Positions 43,669-51,892 of a DNA stretch of 64,000 bases are shown here, one piece after another (within the stretch, counting starts at the first letter, position 1; each line of letters begins with the position of its first letter). A program made the position numbers and the translations under genes. A model generated the notes under the pieces. The model ran no database searches. It was not told the origin of the DNA and saw nothing but the letters and a program-made list of their open reading frames with translations. Source of the stretch: Thermoplasmata archaeon (GTDB lineage Archaea > Thermoplasmatota > Thermoplasmata > Lutacidiplasmatales > UBA184); the NCBI GenBank assembly GCA_033854115.1, contig JAWOKS010000008.1, positions 9,828 through 73,827 on the forward strand, written 5' to 3'.

Positions 43669-44709
43669 CTAGCCGGGACGGGGGACGGCCGAGAGCGGCA
43701 CGGCCTTGCGGCCGTACCTCCACCGACCCTCGAGAGGGTAGAGGCGCCGCAGCCGGGTGGCGATCGAGGAGCCGATCCCCATCTCCTCGGGAGACCCCTC
43801 GGCGACCTGGAGGGTCACACGGACCTCGGGGGTCACCTCGGCCAGCACCACGCCGTACGCTCCTTGGGCCTCGACCTGGAGGTCGAACTCCGTCGGTTGA
43901 CCCCCCCGTCCGATCCAGGTTGCCGCCACGACCCGGGCGCCGTCGAGGGGTAGGGGGAGTTCCTCGAGGCCCTCGACCGCACCGCACCCGCGGCACCGGC
44001 CTCGGGCCGGGAACGTGGCGACACCGCACCGGGGGCAGCGTTCGGCGAGGAATCTCCAGCGGCTCGCGAGACCCTCCTCGTAGCGGGCGGGAGGGACGTA
44101 CGCCCCTTCGGAGACCGTCGGGGGCGCGGCCGCGCCCGTGGTCGCCGGTCCGATCGGTCGACCCCGCCGGGGATCGGCCTCCCAGTCCCCGGGCAGGAGG
44201 CTCTCGGTACCGGGCCCCCGGTGGCGACGGACCTCCTCGAGCAGAGGACCCAACCCGCCGTCCTCTCGAGCAGGGGGTGCGGGCGAAGGAAGTGCGGCTG
44301 CGCCCTCCCCTTCGTCGTAGTAGTACGCGATGGCCCCTTCGCTCGGGGGGCCCCGACCGGCCGCCCCGACGCGGACCCCCGACCCCCGGGCGACCACGAC
44401 GACCAGCTGGGCTCCCGGCCCGGCCATGGCCCGGTCGAGCACGGTCGAGAGCGCCGTGGGACCTTCCGGTACCGCCGTCCAGGTCGAAGGACCCCCGAGG
44501 AGGCTTGCGAGCTCCGCCGGCTCCCGCCCCGCGGGATAGCCCACGAGGCGTACGGTCCAGTTCCGGGGGCGAGGGGCCCCCGCGGGGACCGCACGCTCGA
44601 TCGCGGTCGCCGCGAAGGTGAGCTCGTCCTCATCGAAACCGCCGACCCGTCGGTGACCGTCGGTCCAAGAGGGCAGGTAGGCCGCCGCCCGGAGGAGCCC
44701 CCGCGCCAT
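43669..44709 (-). CDS. DUF35 Zn-ribbon/OB-fold protein fused to a degenerate HMG-CoA-synthase-like N-terminal domain
   Basis: The C-terminal ~140 aa (RWRFLAERCPRCGVATFPARGRCRGCG... plus an OB fold) is DUF35. The N-terminus (AAYLPSW...GGFDEDELTFAATAIERAV...EGPTALSTVLDRAMAGPGAQLVVVVA) resembles the first third of HMGCS, but the Cys of the A-C-x-G-G-T motif is not present. The 1-nt overlap with the thiolase stop suggests translational coupling. Confidence 0.7.
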   Translation of the reverse strand: MARGLLRAAAYLPSWTDGHRRVGGFDEDELTFAATAIERAVPAGAPRPRNWTVRLVGYPAGREPAELASLLGGPSTWTAVPEGPTALSTVLDRAMAGPGAQLVVVVARGSGVRVGAAGRGPPSEGAIAYYYDEGEGAAALPSPAPPAREDGGLGPLLEEVRRHRGPGTESLLPGDWEADPRRGRPIGPATTGAAAPPTVSEGAYVPPARYEEGLASRWRFLAERCPRCGVATFPARGRCRGCGAVEGLEELPLPLDGARVVAATWIGRGGQPTEFDLQVEAQGAYGVVLAEVTPEVRVTLQVAEGSPEEMGIGSSIATRLRRLYPLEGRWRYGRKAVPLSAVPRPG

Positions 44710-45872
44710 CAGGCGACCCCGAAGATCGTGACCGCCGCCGTGGCCCCCGCGCCGCCCACGTTGTGCGCCACGGCCCGGCGCGCATGGCCGACCTGGCGCT
44801 TCCCCGCGGTCCCACGCAGCTGCTCGAAGATCTCGTAGACCTGAGAGACCCCCGTCGCACCGATCGGGTGACCCTTCGCCTTCAGTCCGCCGTCCGGGTT
44901 GACGGGGAGCCGGCCGTCCCGGCGCGTGGCCCCCGAAAGGGTCAGCGCCCCGGCCCCGCCCTGCGGGGCGAAGCCGAGGTCCTCAAGGGCGAGCAGCTCG
45001 GCGATCGTGAAGCAGTCGTGGGCCTCGACGAACGACACCGAAGCGCGCTCGCAGCCGGCGGAGCGGAACGCGGCCTCCGCGGCCCGGCGGGTCGCGGGGA
45101 AGCCGAGGAGATCCGGCCGCTCCTGCACCGCAAGGTAGTCGGAGGCGGCGCCGGTCCCCTCGACGAAGACCGGGGTGTCGGTGAGCGTGCGGGCGAGCTC
45201 CGGCGAGGCGAGGACGACCGCGGCCGCCCCGTCGCTCACCGGACAGCAGTCGTAGAGCCCGAGCGGGTCCGCGACCCGCGGGCTCGCGAGCGCCTCCTCC
45301 CGGCGCACCACCTTCTGGAAGTGCGCGTTCGGGTTGAGCGCCCCGTTCTCATGGTTCTTCACCGCGACCTCGGCGAGCGCGTCGCGGGGGACGCCGTAGT
45401 GGTGGAGGTACTGGGAGGCGATCAGACCGTAGACCCCGGCGAAGGTGAGGCCGGCCTGCCGCTCCCACTCCGTGTCGCCCGAGACGCCGAGCCAGTAGCG
45501 GCGCCGGGCGCTCGAGACGTCCGTCATCTTCTCCACGCCCGCGACCATCACGAAGTCGGTGTCGCCCGAGGCTATCGCCCGCACCGCCTCGTGGAGCGCG
45601 AACCCGCCCGAGGCGCAGGCGTTCTCCACGCGGACCGTGGGGAGCCCCGGGACCCCGAGCTCCTCGGCGAGGAGCGCCGAGGAGTTGCCGATCTGCCAGC
45701 CCCCGAAGCCGAGGGTCGCAAGATACCCCCGCCCGATCCGTCTCGGGTCGATCCCTCGGTCGACGCTCGCGAGCGCCTGCCGGGCGGCCTCGCGCACGAG
45801 CTCCCGCGGCCCGGGACGGACGGCCCCGAACCGCGTATGCCCCGCCCCCACGACCGCTGCCCGATACCCCAC
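44709..45872 (-). CDS. Acetyl-CoA C-acetyltransferase (archaeal thiolase)
   Basis: AAVVGAGHTRFG. Nucleophile block RVENACASGGFAL. VEAHDCFTIAELLALEDLG. NPDGGLKAKGHPIGATG. Confidence 0.9.
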   Translation of the reverse strand: MGYRAAVVGAGHTRFGAVRPGPRELVREAARQALASVDRGIDPRRIGRGYLATLGFGGWQIGNSSALLAEELGVPGLPTVRVENACASGGFALHEAVRAIASGDTDFVMVAGVEKMTDVSSARRRYWLGVSGDTEWERQAGLTFAGVYGLIASQYLHHYGVPRDALAEVAVKNHENGALNPNAHFQKVVRREEALASPRVADPLGLYDCCPVSDGAAAVVLASPELARTLTDTPVFVEGTGAASDYLAVQERPDLLGFPATRRAAEAAFRSAGCERASVSFVEAHDCFTIAELLALEDLGFAPQGGAGALTLSGATRRDGRLPVNPDGGLKAKGHPIGATGVSQVYEIFEQLRGTAGKRQVGHARRAVAHNVGGAGATAAVTIFGVA

Positions 45873-45940
45873 GCCGTCCCGCCCCGCGAACCGTCTTATC
45901 GACCGAGTCGCTCCGCCGATTTAACCCCCGGGGGGGCCTC

Positions 45941-46516
45941 GTGGTCGAAGAGGGACCGGTCGTCGTCGGCGTGAGCGGAGCGAGCGGAGCCCCGATCACG
46001 CTCCGGGTCCTCGAGGGGCTCTCGGCCGCCCGGGTGCCGACCGCGCTCGTCGTCTCGAAGGGCGGGGAGGCCGTGCTCCGCGAAGAGCTCGGGATGGGGG
46101 TCGACGAGCTCGCGCCCCGCGCGACCGTCACCTACGCCGACGATGACCTCGCGGCCCCGATCGCGAGCGGGTCCCGTCCGACCCGGGGGATGGTCGTCGT
46201 CCCATGCTCGTCCTCCACCGTCGCGAAGATCGCGCTCGGCCTTGGCGACCACCTTCTCGTCCGGGCGGCGCACGTCCACCTCAAGGAGCGCCGCCCGCTC
46301 GTCCTCGTCCCGCGCGAGACCCCGCTGCCGACGATCCTTTTGCGCCAGCTCACGACGCTGAGCGAGCTCGGGGTCGTGATCCTCGTCGCATCCCCGGCCT
46401 ACTACCTCAAACCCCGCTCGGTCGACGACCTCACGGACTACCTCGCCGGCAAGGTCCTCGACCATCTCAAGGTCCCCCACGCCCTCTACCAGGGCTGGAA
46501 GGCGGAGGCGAAGTGA
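45941..46516 (+). CDS. ubiX: Flavin prenyltransferase UbiX
   Basis: VVGVSGASGAPITLRVLEGL and MVVVPCSSSTVAKIALG are typical UbiX/Pad1 motifs. Confidence 0.88.
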   Translation: MVEEGPVVVGVSGASGAPITLRVLEGLSAARVPTALVVSKGGEAVLREELGMGVDELAPRATVTYADDDLAAPIASGSRPTRGMVVVPCSSSTVAKIALGLGDHLLVRAAHVHLKERRPLVLVPRETPLPTILLRQLTTLSELGVVILVASPAYYLKPRSVDDLTDYLAGKVLDHLKVPHALYQGWKAEAK

Positions 46517-47100
46517 CCGCCGCGCCTCGTCCGGTCGTCCCCTCGGCCAGCCCCGCCCGCGACCGGACCCCGGTCTACCTCGCCGGGATCGCGGCGATCC
46601 TCCTCGCGCTGATCGTCTTCACCCCCGTCCTCATCAACCCCGGTTCCCCCTCGTTCCTCACGAACGCTCGCCTGATCGTCGACCGGACCCCGGGCTCGTC
46701 GACCACCGACTTCTACCTCCAGGCCTGGAGCGGCTACGTGCGGTACAGCACGCTCGAGCTCGATCTCGGCACCGGCTTCAGCTGGAACGGCTCGTGCCCG
46801 AGCTCGGGGCTCACGTGGACGAACCTCGCCCAGCACGACCTGCTCGAGTTGTCCGTCCGCCCGAACGCCACCGGCCCGATGGTCGTGGACGCGACCGCGG
46901 TCTACTCGTCCGGCGGCTCGGAGACGATCTATGCGGCGGAGATCGCGTTCGAGGTGGTGAACGAGGGGCAGCCGGACGAGAGCCTCCTCATGGTCCCCTG
47001 TCCGGCGACCCCGGGCGAGAGTCCGCCGGCGTCCTGGCCCGTCGCGCAGCTGCCGTACTCCCTTCTCCTCGTGAACTACGGCGGAGCCGGACCCCCGTGA
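46513..47100 (+). CDS. Membrane-anchored extracytoplasmic protein (hypothetical)
   Basis: The GTG at 46513 forms a GTGA overlap with the ubiX stop. There is a single N-terminal TM (VYLAGIAAILLALIVFTPVL) followed by a ~150-aa domain rich in S/T/N. Confidence 0.5.
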   Translation: MTAAPRPVVPSASPARDRTPVYLAGIAAILLALIVFTPVLINPGSPSFLTNARLIVDRTPGSSTTDFYLQAWSGYVRYSTLELDLGTGFSWNGSCPSSGLTWTNLAQHDLLELSVRPNATGPMVVDATAVYSSGGSETIYAAEIAFEVVNEGQPDESLLMVPCPATPGESPPASWPVAQLPYSLLLVNYGGAGPP

Positions 47101-47456
47101 GGCCGTCCCGCAAGGTGCTCCTCGTCTGGAGCGTCATGATCGTGATCCTGGTCGCCCTCGAGTTCCTGGAGCTGACGCGCTTCTTCACGTTCCCGATCTC
47201 CTACATCCTGGGCGATCCCGCCCTCCTGGTGTTCTCGCTCGTCTTCCTTACCGTCGTCGCGATGATCGGCGCGATCTTCGTCGGCATCTACATCTCCGAA
47301 CGTCTGCTGAGCCCCCGCGGGTTCACGCCGTTCGAGGAGGAGATGCTCAAGATGAGCGCCGAGCTGCGCGAGGTCCGCGCGACCGTCGAGGAGCTGCGGG
47401 CGCGCCTCCCACCGTCCCCTCCCGGGCCGCCCGGGGAGGAGGTCCGCCGGCGTTGA
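47097..47456 (+). CDS. Small 2-TM protein with a C-terminal amphipathic helix (hypothetical)
   Basis: The GTG at 47097 forms a GTGA overlap with the preceding stop. Two TM helices are followed by EEEMLKMSAELREVRATVEELRARL. Confidence 0.45.
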   Translation: MRPSRKVLLVWSVMIVILVALEFLELTRFFTFPISYILGDPALLVFSLVFLTVVAMIGAIFVGIYISERLLSPRGFTPFEEEMLKMSAELREVRATVEELRARLPPSPPGPPGEEVRRR

Positions 47457-48016
47457 GGGTGCCCGTCGTCGACAACGGCGGCCAGTGGACCCACCGGGAG
47501 TGGCGGGTCCTGCGCGACCTCGGCGCGGAGAGCCGCATCGTGCCGAACACGACCCCCCTCGAGAAGCTCGAGGCGGACGGGATCGTGCTCTCCGGCGGGG
47601 CTCTCAGCCTCGAGGGCTCGGCCGAGCCGCTCGGCGCCGTGGACGGCTGGATTGACCGGGTCGACGTCCCGGTCTTCGCGATCTGCGTCGGACACCAGTT
47701 CCTCGCCCGCCACTTCGGGGGCCGGGTCGCGCGCGGCGGCCCGGAGTACGGCTCCGTCGACCTCACGATCGACCGACCCGACCACCCGCTCTTCGCCGGG
47801 CTCCCGAGCTCGATCCGCGTCTGGGCGAGCCACAGCGACCAGGTCGTGGCGCCCCCTCCCGGGTGGACGGTCCTCGCGCACTCGGCCGCCTGCGCGGTCG
47901 AGGCGATGGCGAACCCCGCGAAGCCGATCTGGGGGGTCCAGTTCCACCCCGAGGTCGAACACACCGAGGGCGGGCGCGAGATCTTTCGCCACTTCCTCGA
48001 AACGTGCCGCCGCTGA
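47453..48016 (+). CDS. guaAA: GMP synthase (glutamine-hydrolysing) subunit A
   Basis: VPVVDNGGQWTHREWRVLRDLG. GATase-1 catalytic FAICVGHQFLA and VQFHPEVEHT. The start is TTG 47453 (TTGA overlap) or GTG 47459. Confidence 0.9.
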   Translation: MRVPVVDNGGQWTHREWRVLRDLGAESRIVPNTTPLEKLEADGIVLSGGALSLEGSAEPLGAVDGWIDRVDVPVFAICVGHQFLARHFGGRVARGGPEYGSVDLTIDRPDHPLFAGLPSSIRVWASHSDQVVAPPPGWTVLAHSAACAVEAMANPAKPIWGVQFHPEVEHTEGGREIFRHFLETCRR

Positions 48017-48072
48017 ACGACCGGTCCCCGACCCCCGAGAATAAGTAGCGGCCCCCGCTCGCCGGCGTCGCC

Positions 48073-49647
48073 GTGGCGCGTATCCGGAAGGGCTCGGGGC
48101 TCCGCGAGGCGGACCTCGTCGCCCGGTCCAAGGCGCTCCGCGCGGACGTCGGCCAGCTGCTCCCCCGCCTCACCCCCGATTGCCCGCCCGAGCGGTTCGA
48201 GCGGCTCCGCGCCGAGCTCGAGGACGTCGTCGCCTACGCCGACGACCCGAAGCGCCTGCTCAAACTCGCCCACCGGGGCGAGCCGATCGCCCGCGCGCTC
48301 GCGGGCCTGCTCAAGTTCGCGCAGGAGCCGGCAACGCCCATCGTGATCTCGATCCCGACCGCGACCGGCGAGGTCTCGTACGCGCCGCTGTCGAAGACCG
48401 ACCACGAGGTGGAGGTCGCGGTCCAGCGCTCGGACGAGCCCGAGCGGCTCCTGCTCGCCTACCTCTCGTGGGCCCGGAGAGGGTTCCACTTCTTCGCGAC
48501 CCACAAGGTCCTCTGGTGCACCGGCCGCTCGCCGCAGCCCCCGGTGGAGTTCGTCGCCGAGCGGGTCGCCGAGCTCCCGTACCGCCTCGTCGAGGACCCC
48601 GCGACGCGTCGCTACCGCTGCCCCCACCTCGCCGCCGGGGAGCCGCGGCCGTACCTCGAGGTAGGATGGGTCGGGGCCGAGCGGGCGTTTCAGGTCTGCC
48701 GCCGCTGCGTGAAGGACGACCGCCACCTCCTCGGCGCCCTCTCGAGCGGCGCCGCCGTGCCGGACCCCGAGGCGGAGTTCCCGGTGGCGGTCGCGCTCCA
48801 CGTCGACTGCCGGGGGGGCGACGAGTGCGTTCATCGTACCGTGCCGGGCCCGCCGAAGGGTCTCGTCCAGCGATACGTCGTCGGCCGCCTGTCCGATGCC
48901 GGGCTGCTCGACGGCTACCTCGCCGAGGTCCGGCCCCGCATCGAGCGGACGGGGACGCCCACGTTCGTCGCGGGCGGGGTCTGCTACGGCGGCTCGCTCG
49001 ACGCGTTCCTCGAAGCGCTCGGTCCGTCGCCGGTCGAGCGCCGGGCCCTCACGGACGCCCTCGAGGGCGAGGGTGGCTACTTCGAGATCGACGAGCGTAG
49101 CGCGAGCCGGGCCCTGGAGAAGCTCTGGGCGACCCACGCGGAGACGATCGTCCGGGCGATCGTAAGCGACCCGGAGGAGGCGCGGCGCCTGGTCGAGGGG
49201 GCGCGGGGAGCTCCCGGTCGCGTCGCCGAGATCCTGAAGCGGCTCCAGCGGCGGGCGGAGGAGCGCGAGCTGCTCGAGACCCTCCCCCAATACACCCTGC
49301 TCGCGCCGGAGGCCGCCTGGGTCGACCGCGTCGCGCGGGCTTACCGCACGCAGGGCGAGGGCGGGGCGGAGCGAGCGGTCCTCCAGTCGCTCCCCCGCGA
49401 GGGGAAAGAGCGGGGCTTCGCCTACGGGTTCCTGCTGGCGGTCGGGCGCGCCCGGGCCCACGCCTGGCAGTTCTCCCCCACCGAGCAGGAGTTCGGCCAG
49501 GCCCTCGAGGGACGGGCGCGCGAGCTCCTCAGCTCCCCAGCCGACGGCTACCATGTCGCCCTCGACGCGTTCCTCCAGGCGGCCGGTGTGGCCAACTGGG
49601 GAACGCTCGCCTCCCCGGCCAACCACACCCGGAAAGCCCCGTCTTGA
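48073..49647 (+). CDS. Large conserved hypothetical protein (524 aa) with a Cys-rich central segment
   Basis: Long ORF with genome-typical codon usage and a GTG start. Central motifs are YRCPHL...FQVCRRCVKDD...HVDCRGGDECVH. No family recognised. Confidence 0.6.
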   Translation: MARIRKGSGLREADLVARSKALRADVGQLLPRLTPDCPPERFERLRAELEDVVAYADDPKRLLKLAHRGEPIARALAGLLKFAQEPATPIVISIPTATGEVSYAPLSKTDHEVEVAVQRSDEPERLLLAYLSWARRGFHFFATHKVLWCTGRSPQPPVEFVAERVAELPYRLVEDPATRRYRCPHLAAGEPRPYLEVGWVGAERAFQVCRRCVKDDRHLLGALSSGAAVPDPEAEFPVAVALHVDCRGGDECVHRTVPGPPKGLVQRYVVGRLSDAGLLDGYLAEVRPRIERTGTPTFVAGGVCYGGSLDAFLEALGPSPVERRALTDALEGEGGYFEIDERSASRALEKLWATHAETIVRAIVSDPEEARRLVEGARGAPGRVAEILKRLQRRAEERELLETLPQYTLLAPEAAWVDRVARAYRTQGEGGAERAVLQSLPREGKERGFAYGFLLAVGRARAHAWQFSPTEQEFGQALEGRARELLSSPADGYHVALDAFLQAAGVANWGTLASPANHTRKAPS

Positions 49648-49663
49648 CGACCCAGTGGGCGCG

Positions 49664-50431
49664 CTAGGCGACGCGGAACCTCGCGAGCGCCGCCTCCTCC
49701 TGGAAGTGCAGCTCGGGGGCGACGACGACTAGCGTGTGGAGCGGAGGCCCGAAGTCGACCGTCCGGAGGGCCCGGAAAGGTCCGAAGAACCCGGCCGCGT
49801 CGTCCCGGCCCACGCGCGCCGCGACCGCGATCGGGGCGTCCTCTCCGAGGACCCGGCCGTCCGGGTCCTTCTCGCGCAGGAGCGCGAGCGCGACCTCGGC
49901 CCGGAGGTAGCAGCCTTCCTCCGGCGCGAGGTCGAGGAGGACGAGGGTGTGGAGGTTGCGCGAGCGGTTCCCCGCGATCTGCTCGAGCGGCGACGACGGG
50001 GAGAAGCCGGGCGAGGGGAGCGGGAGCGAGACGGTCCGCCCGAAGCGGTAGTGCATCAGGCCGAGGAAGCCCGCGGCGGCGACCAGGATCGAGGCGTTGG
50101 GGAGGTACCGCCAGGTGTGCCCCGCTCGCTCCGCGGCGAGGCGGAGCGCGACGTGGGTCGTCGCGGCGAAAGGGTCCCCGACGACGAGGAGCGCGACCCG
50201 CGCGCTCCGGCCGAGCGCCTCGAGGAGGGGGGTCTCCGCCTCGAGTTCCGCCCGGCGGAGCGGCCGGATCGGGCGGCCGAGCTCCCGCGCGAGGCGGTCC
50301 AGCGCCCCAGGGCTCGCGACCGCGGTGTACTCCTCCACGAACACCTCGCTCGTCCGGAGCACGTCGAGCGCCCGCCGGGAGAGCCCGCGCTCGTCGTCGA
50401 GCCCGAGACCGACGAACCAGAGCTCCGCCAC
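49664..50431 (-). CDS. dphB: Diphthine synthase
   Basis: The GTG at 50431 gives VAELWFVGLGLDDERGLSRRALDVLRTSEVFVEEYTA... plus LLVVGDPFAATTH (tetrapyrrole-methylase fold, Dph5 pattern). Confidence 0.85.
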   Translation of the reverse strand: MAELWFVGLGLDDERGLSRRALDVLRTSEVFVEEYTAVASPGALDRLARELGRPIRPLRRAELEAETPLLEALGRSARVALLVVGDPFAATTHVALRLAAERAGHTWRYLPNASILVAAAGFLGLMHYRFGRTVSLPLPSPGFSPSSPLEQIAGNRSRNLHTLVLLDLAPEEGCYLRAEVALALLREKDPDGRVLGEDAPIAVAARVGRDDAAGFFGPFRALRTVDFGPPLHTLVVVAPELHFQEEAALARFRVA

Positions 50432-50444
50432 GGCCGCGCGTCCC

Positions 50445-51248
50445 CTAGGCCCGGAGCGCGAGGACGGGGCACGGCGCGCCCCGGAAGAGCTCCTCGAGGA
50501 AGCGGCGGGTGAGGAGCGGGCCGCCGGCGCCACCCTCCTCGCCGACCAGGAGGAGCCCGTAGCGCTCGCGCGCCGCCGCCTCGAGGATCACCTCGGGCAG
50601 GCGGCGCCGCCGGCCGAGGAGCGACTCGGGGAACCGGAACCCCCGCCGCTCGAGGGGGACCCCGCGCGCGGTGCGGTCCGCCTCCGGCGCGCCCCCGCCC
50701 TCCGAGGCGCGGCTCCCGAGGGCCAGCGTGATCACCGGGACGCCCCCCGCTTTGACCGAGAGCTGCTCGGCGACCGCGAGCGAGCGCGCGCTCGGGCGCT
50801 CCCGGAACGTCGGCACGAGCACACGCGGGACCGCGCCGGTCGCGAGCGCGAGACGGTTCACGACGAGCACGTCCGCGCGCGCGTGCTGGAGGAGCGCGGT
50901 CGCCGTGTGCCCGACGAACGGGTTACGGCTCCGTCGGTCGCCGCGGAGCGTGAAGACGAGCGCGTCGACGCTGTGCGTCTCGGCGCTCTCGAGGATCTCG
51001 CCCGGGACGTCCGTCGCGGCCCGCACCTCGGGGTCGACCTTCACGTCGAGCACCGCGCCAACCTCGTGGGCGGGCACGACGAGGTTCACCGACGCGCGCC
51101 ACTCGCGGGTCACCTCGGGGAGGGTCGTCGTCGGGATGACGTGGAGGACCCGGATCTCCCCGTCCGGCTCGAGGAGCTGCGCCGCGAACCGGACGAGCGG
51201 TTCCACCTCGACCGGGACCTGCACGGGGACGAGGATCCTGCGGTACAT
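50445..51248 (-). CDS. Tandem universal stress protein (two UspA domains), KdpQ-like position
   Basis: The two halves begin RRILVPVQVPVE and PRVLVPTFRERP, with the UspA-like block ADVLVVN in the first half. The ATG at 51248 shares one base with the kdpC stop (TGATG). Confidence 0.8.
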   Translation of the reverse strand: MYRRILVPVQVPVEVEPLVRFAAQLLEPDGEIRVLHVIPTTTLPEVTREWRASVNLVVPAHEVGAVLDVKVDPEVRAATDVPGEILESAETHSVDALVFTLRGDRRSRNPFVGHTATALLQHARADVLVVNRLALATGAVPRVLVPTFRERPSARSLAVAEQLSVKAGGVPVITLALGSRASEGGGAPEADRTARGVPLERRGFRFPESLLGRRRRLPEVILEAAARERYGLLLVGEEGGAGGPLLTRRFLEELFRGAPCPVLALRA

Positions 51249-51892
51249 CAGCACCGTCCTTCGAGCTCGAGGAGAGCGAGGTCGAGCTCAAGAACGTTGA
51301 CGTACGGCACCCCGAGGAACGGAACGGGGGGCTCCGTGATGTGCGCGTTCACGAGGTCGAGGAGGACGGCGACGGGAACCCCGGACGAGGCGTTGACCCG
51401 CGGGATCTGGACGAGGACGGCCCCCGGCACGAGGTCGGGGTCGACCCCCGAGGCCGACGGGGCGACCCACCAGAACGGGAGCGGCACGGTAAGGGAGCCG
51501 TTGCTCTCGTTCACGAGGTAGTCGACGGTCTCGTTGAGGAGGGCGCGGAGCGCCGGGTCGCTCGGGCCGGGAAGGGTCGGGATGCCGAGCGTCGTGTTGT
51601 AGTCCGTCGGCGAGGGCCGGCCCCAGAACAGCCCCGGACCGAGCGCGCCCGCGGAGAGGTTCTGGGCGAGGAGCGAGGAGCCGACCACCGTCCCGTCCGG
51701 GCAGGTGAGGAGCGAGCCCCCCGCCGTCGAAGGGGCGATCTCCTGCGCGATCTCCGTGAGGAGGATCGGGTAGGCGAAGCCGCTCACGAGCAGCGTGAGC
51801 ACGAGGAACAGCACGCCGGCCCGCACGTGCGTGCTCCAGGGGAGGCTCGGGGCCGGCTCGCCCGGGGGCCGGGAAGGGGCGGGGGCGCTCAT
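51248..51892 (-). CDS. kdpC: Potassium-transporting ATPase subunit C
   Basis: The ATG at 51892 (ATGA overlap with the kdpB stop) lies inside track ORF 51248..52600. N-terminal TM VLFLVLTLLVSGFAYPILL. Conserved APSASGVDPDL block. Confidence 0.85.
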   Translation of the reverse strand: MSAPAPSRPPGEPAPSLPWSTHVRAGVLFLVLTLLVSGFAYPILLTEIAQEIAPSTAGGSLLTCPDGTVVGSSLLAQNLSAGALGPGLFWGRPSPTDYNTTLGIPTLPGPSDPALRALLNETVDYLVNESNGSLTVPLPFWWVAPSASGVDPDLVPGAVLVQIPRVNASSGVPVAVLLDLVNAHITEPPVPFLGVPYVNVLELDLALLELEGRC

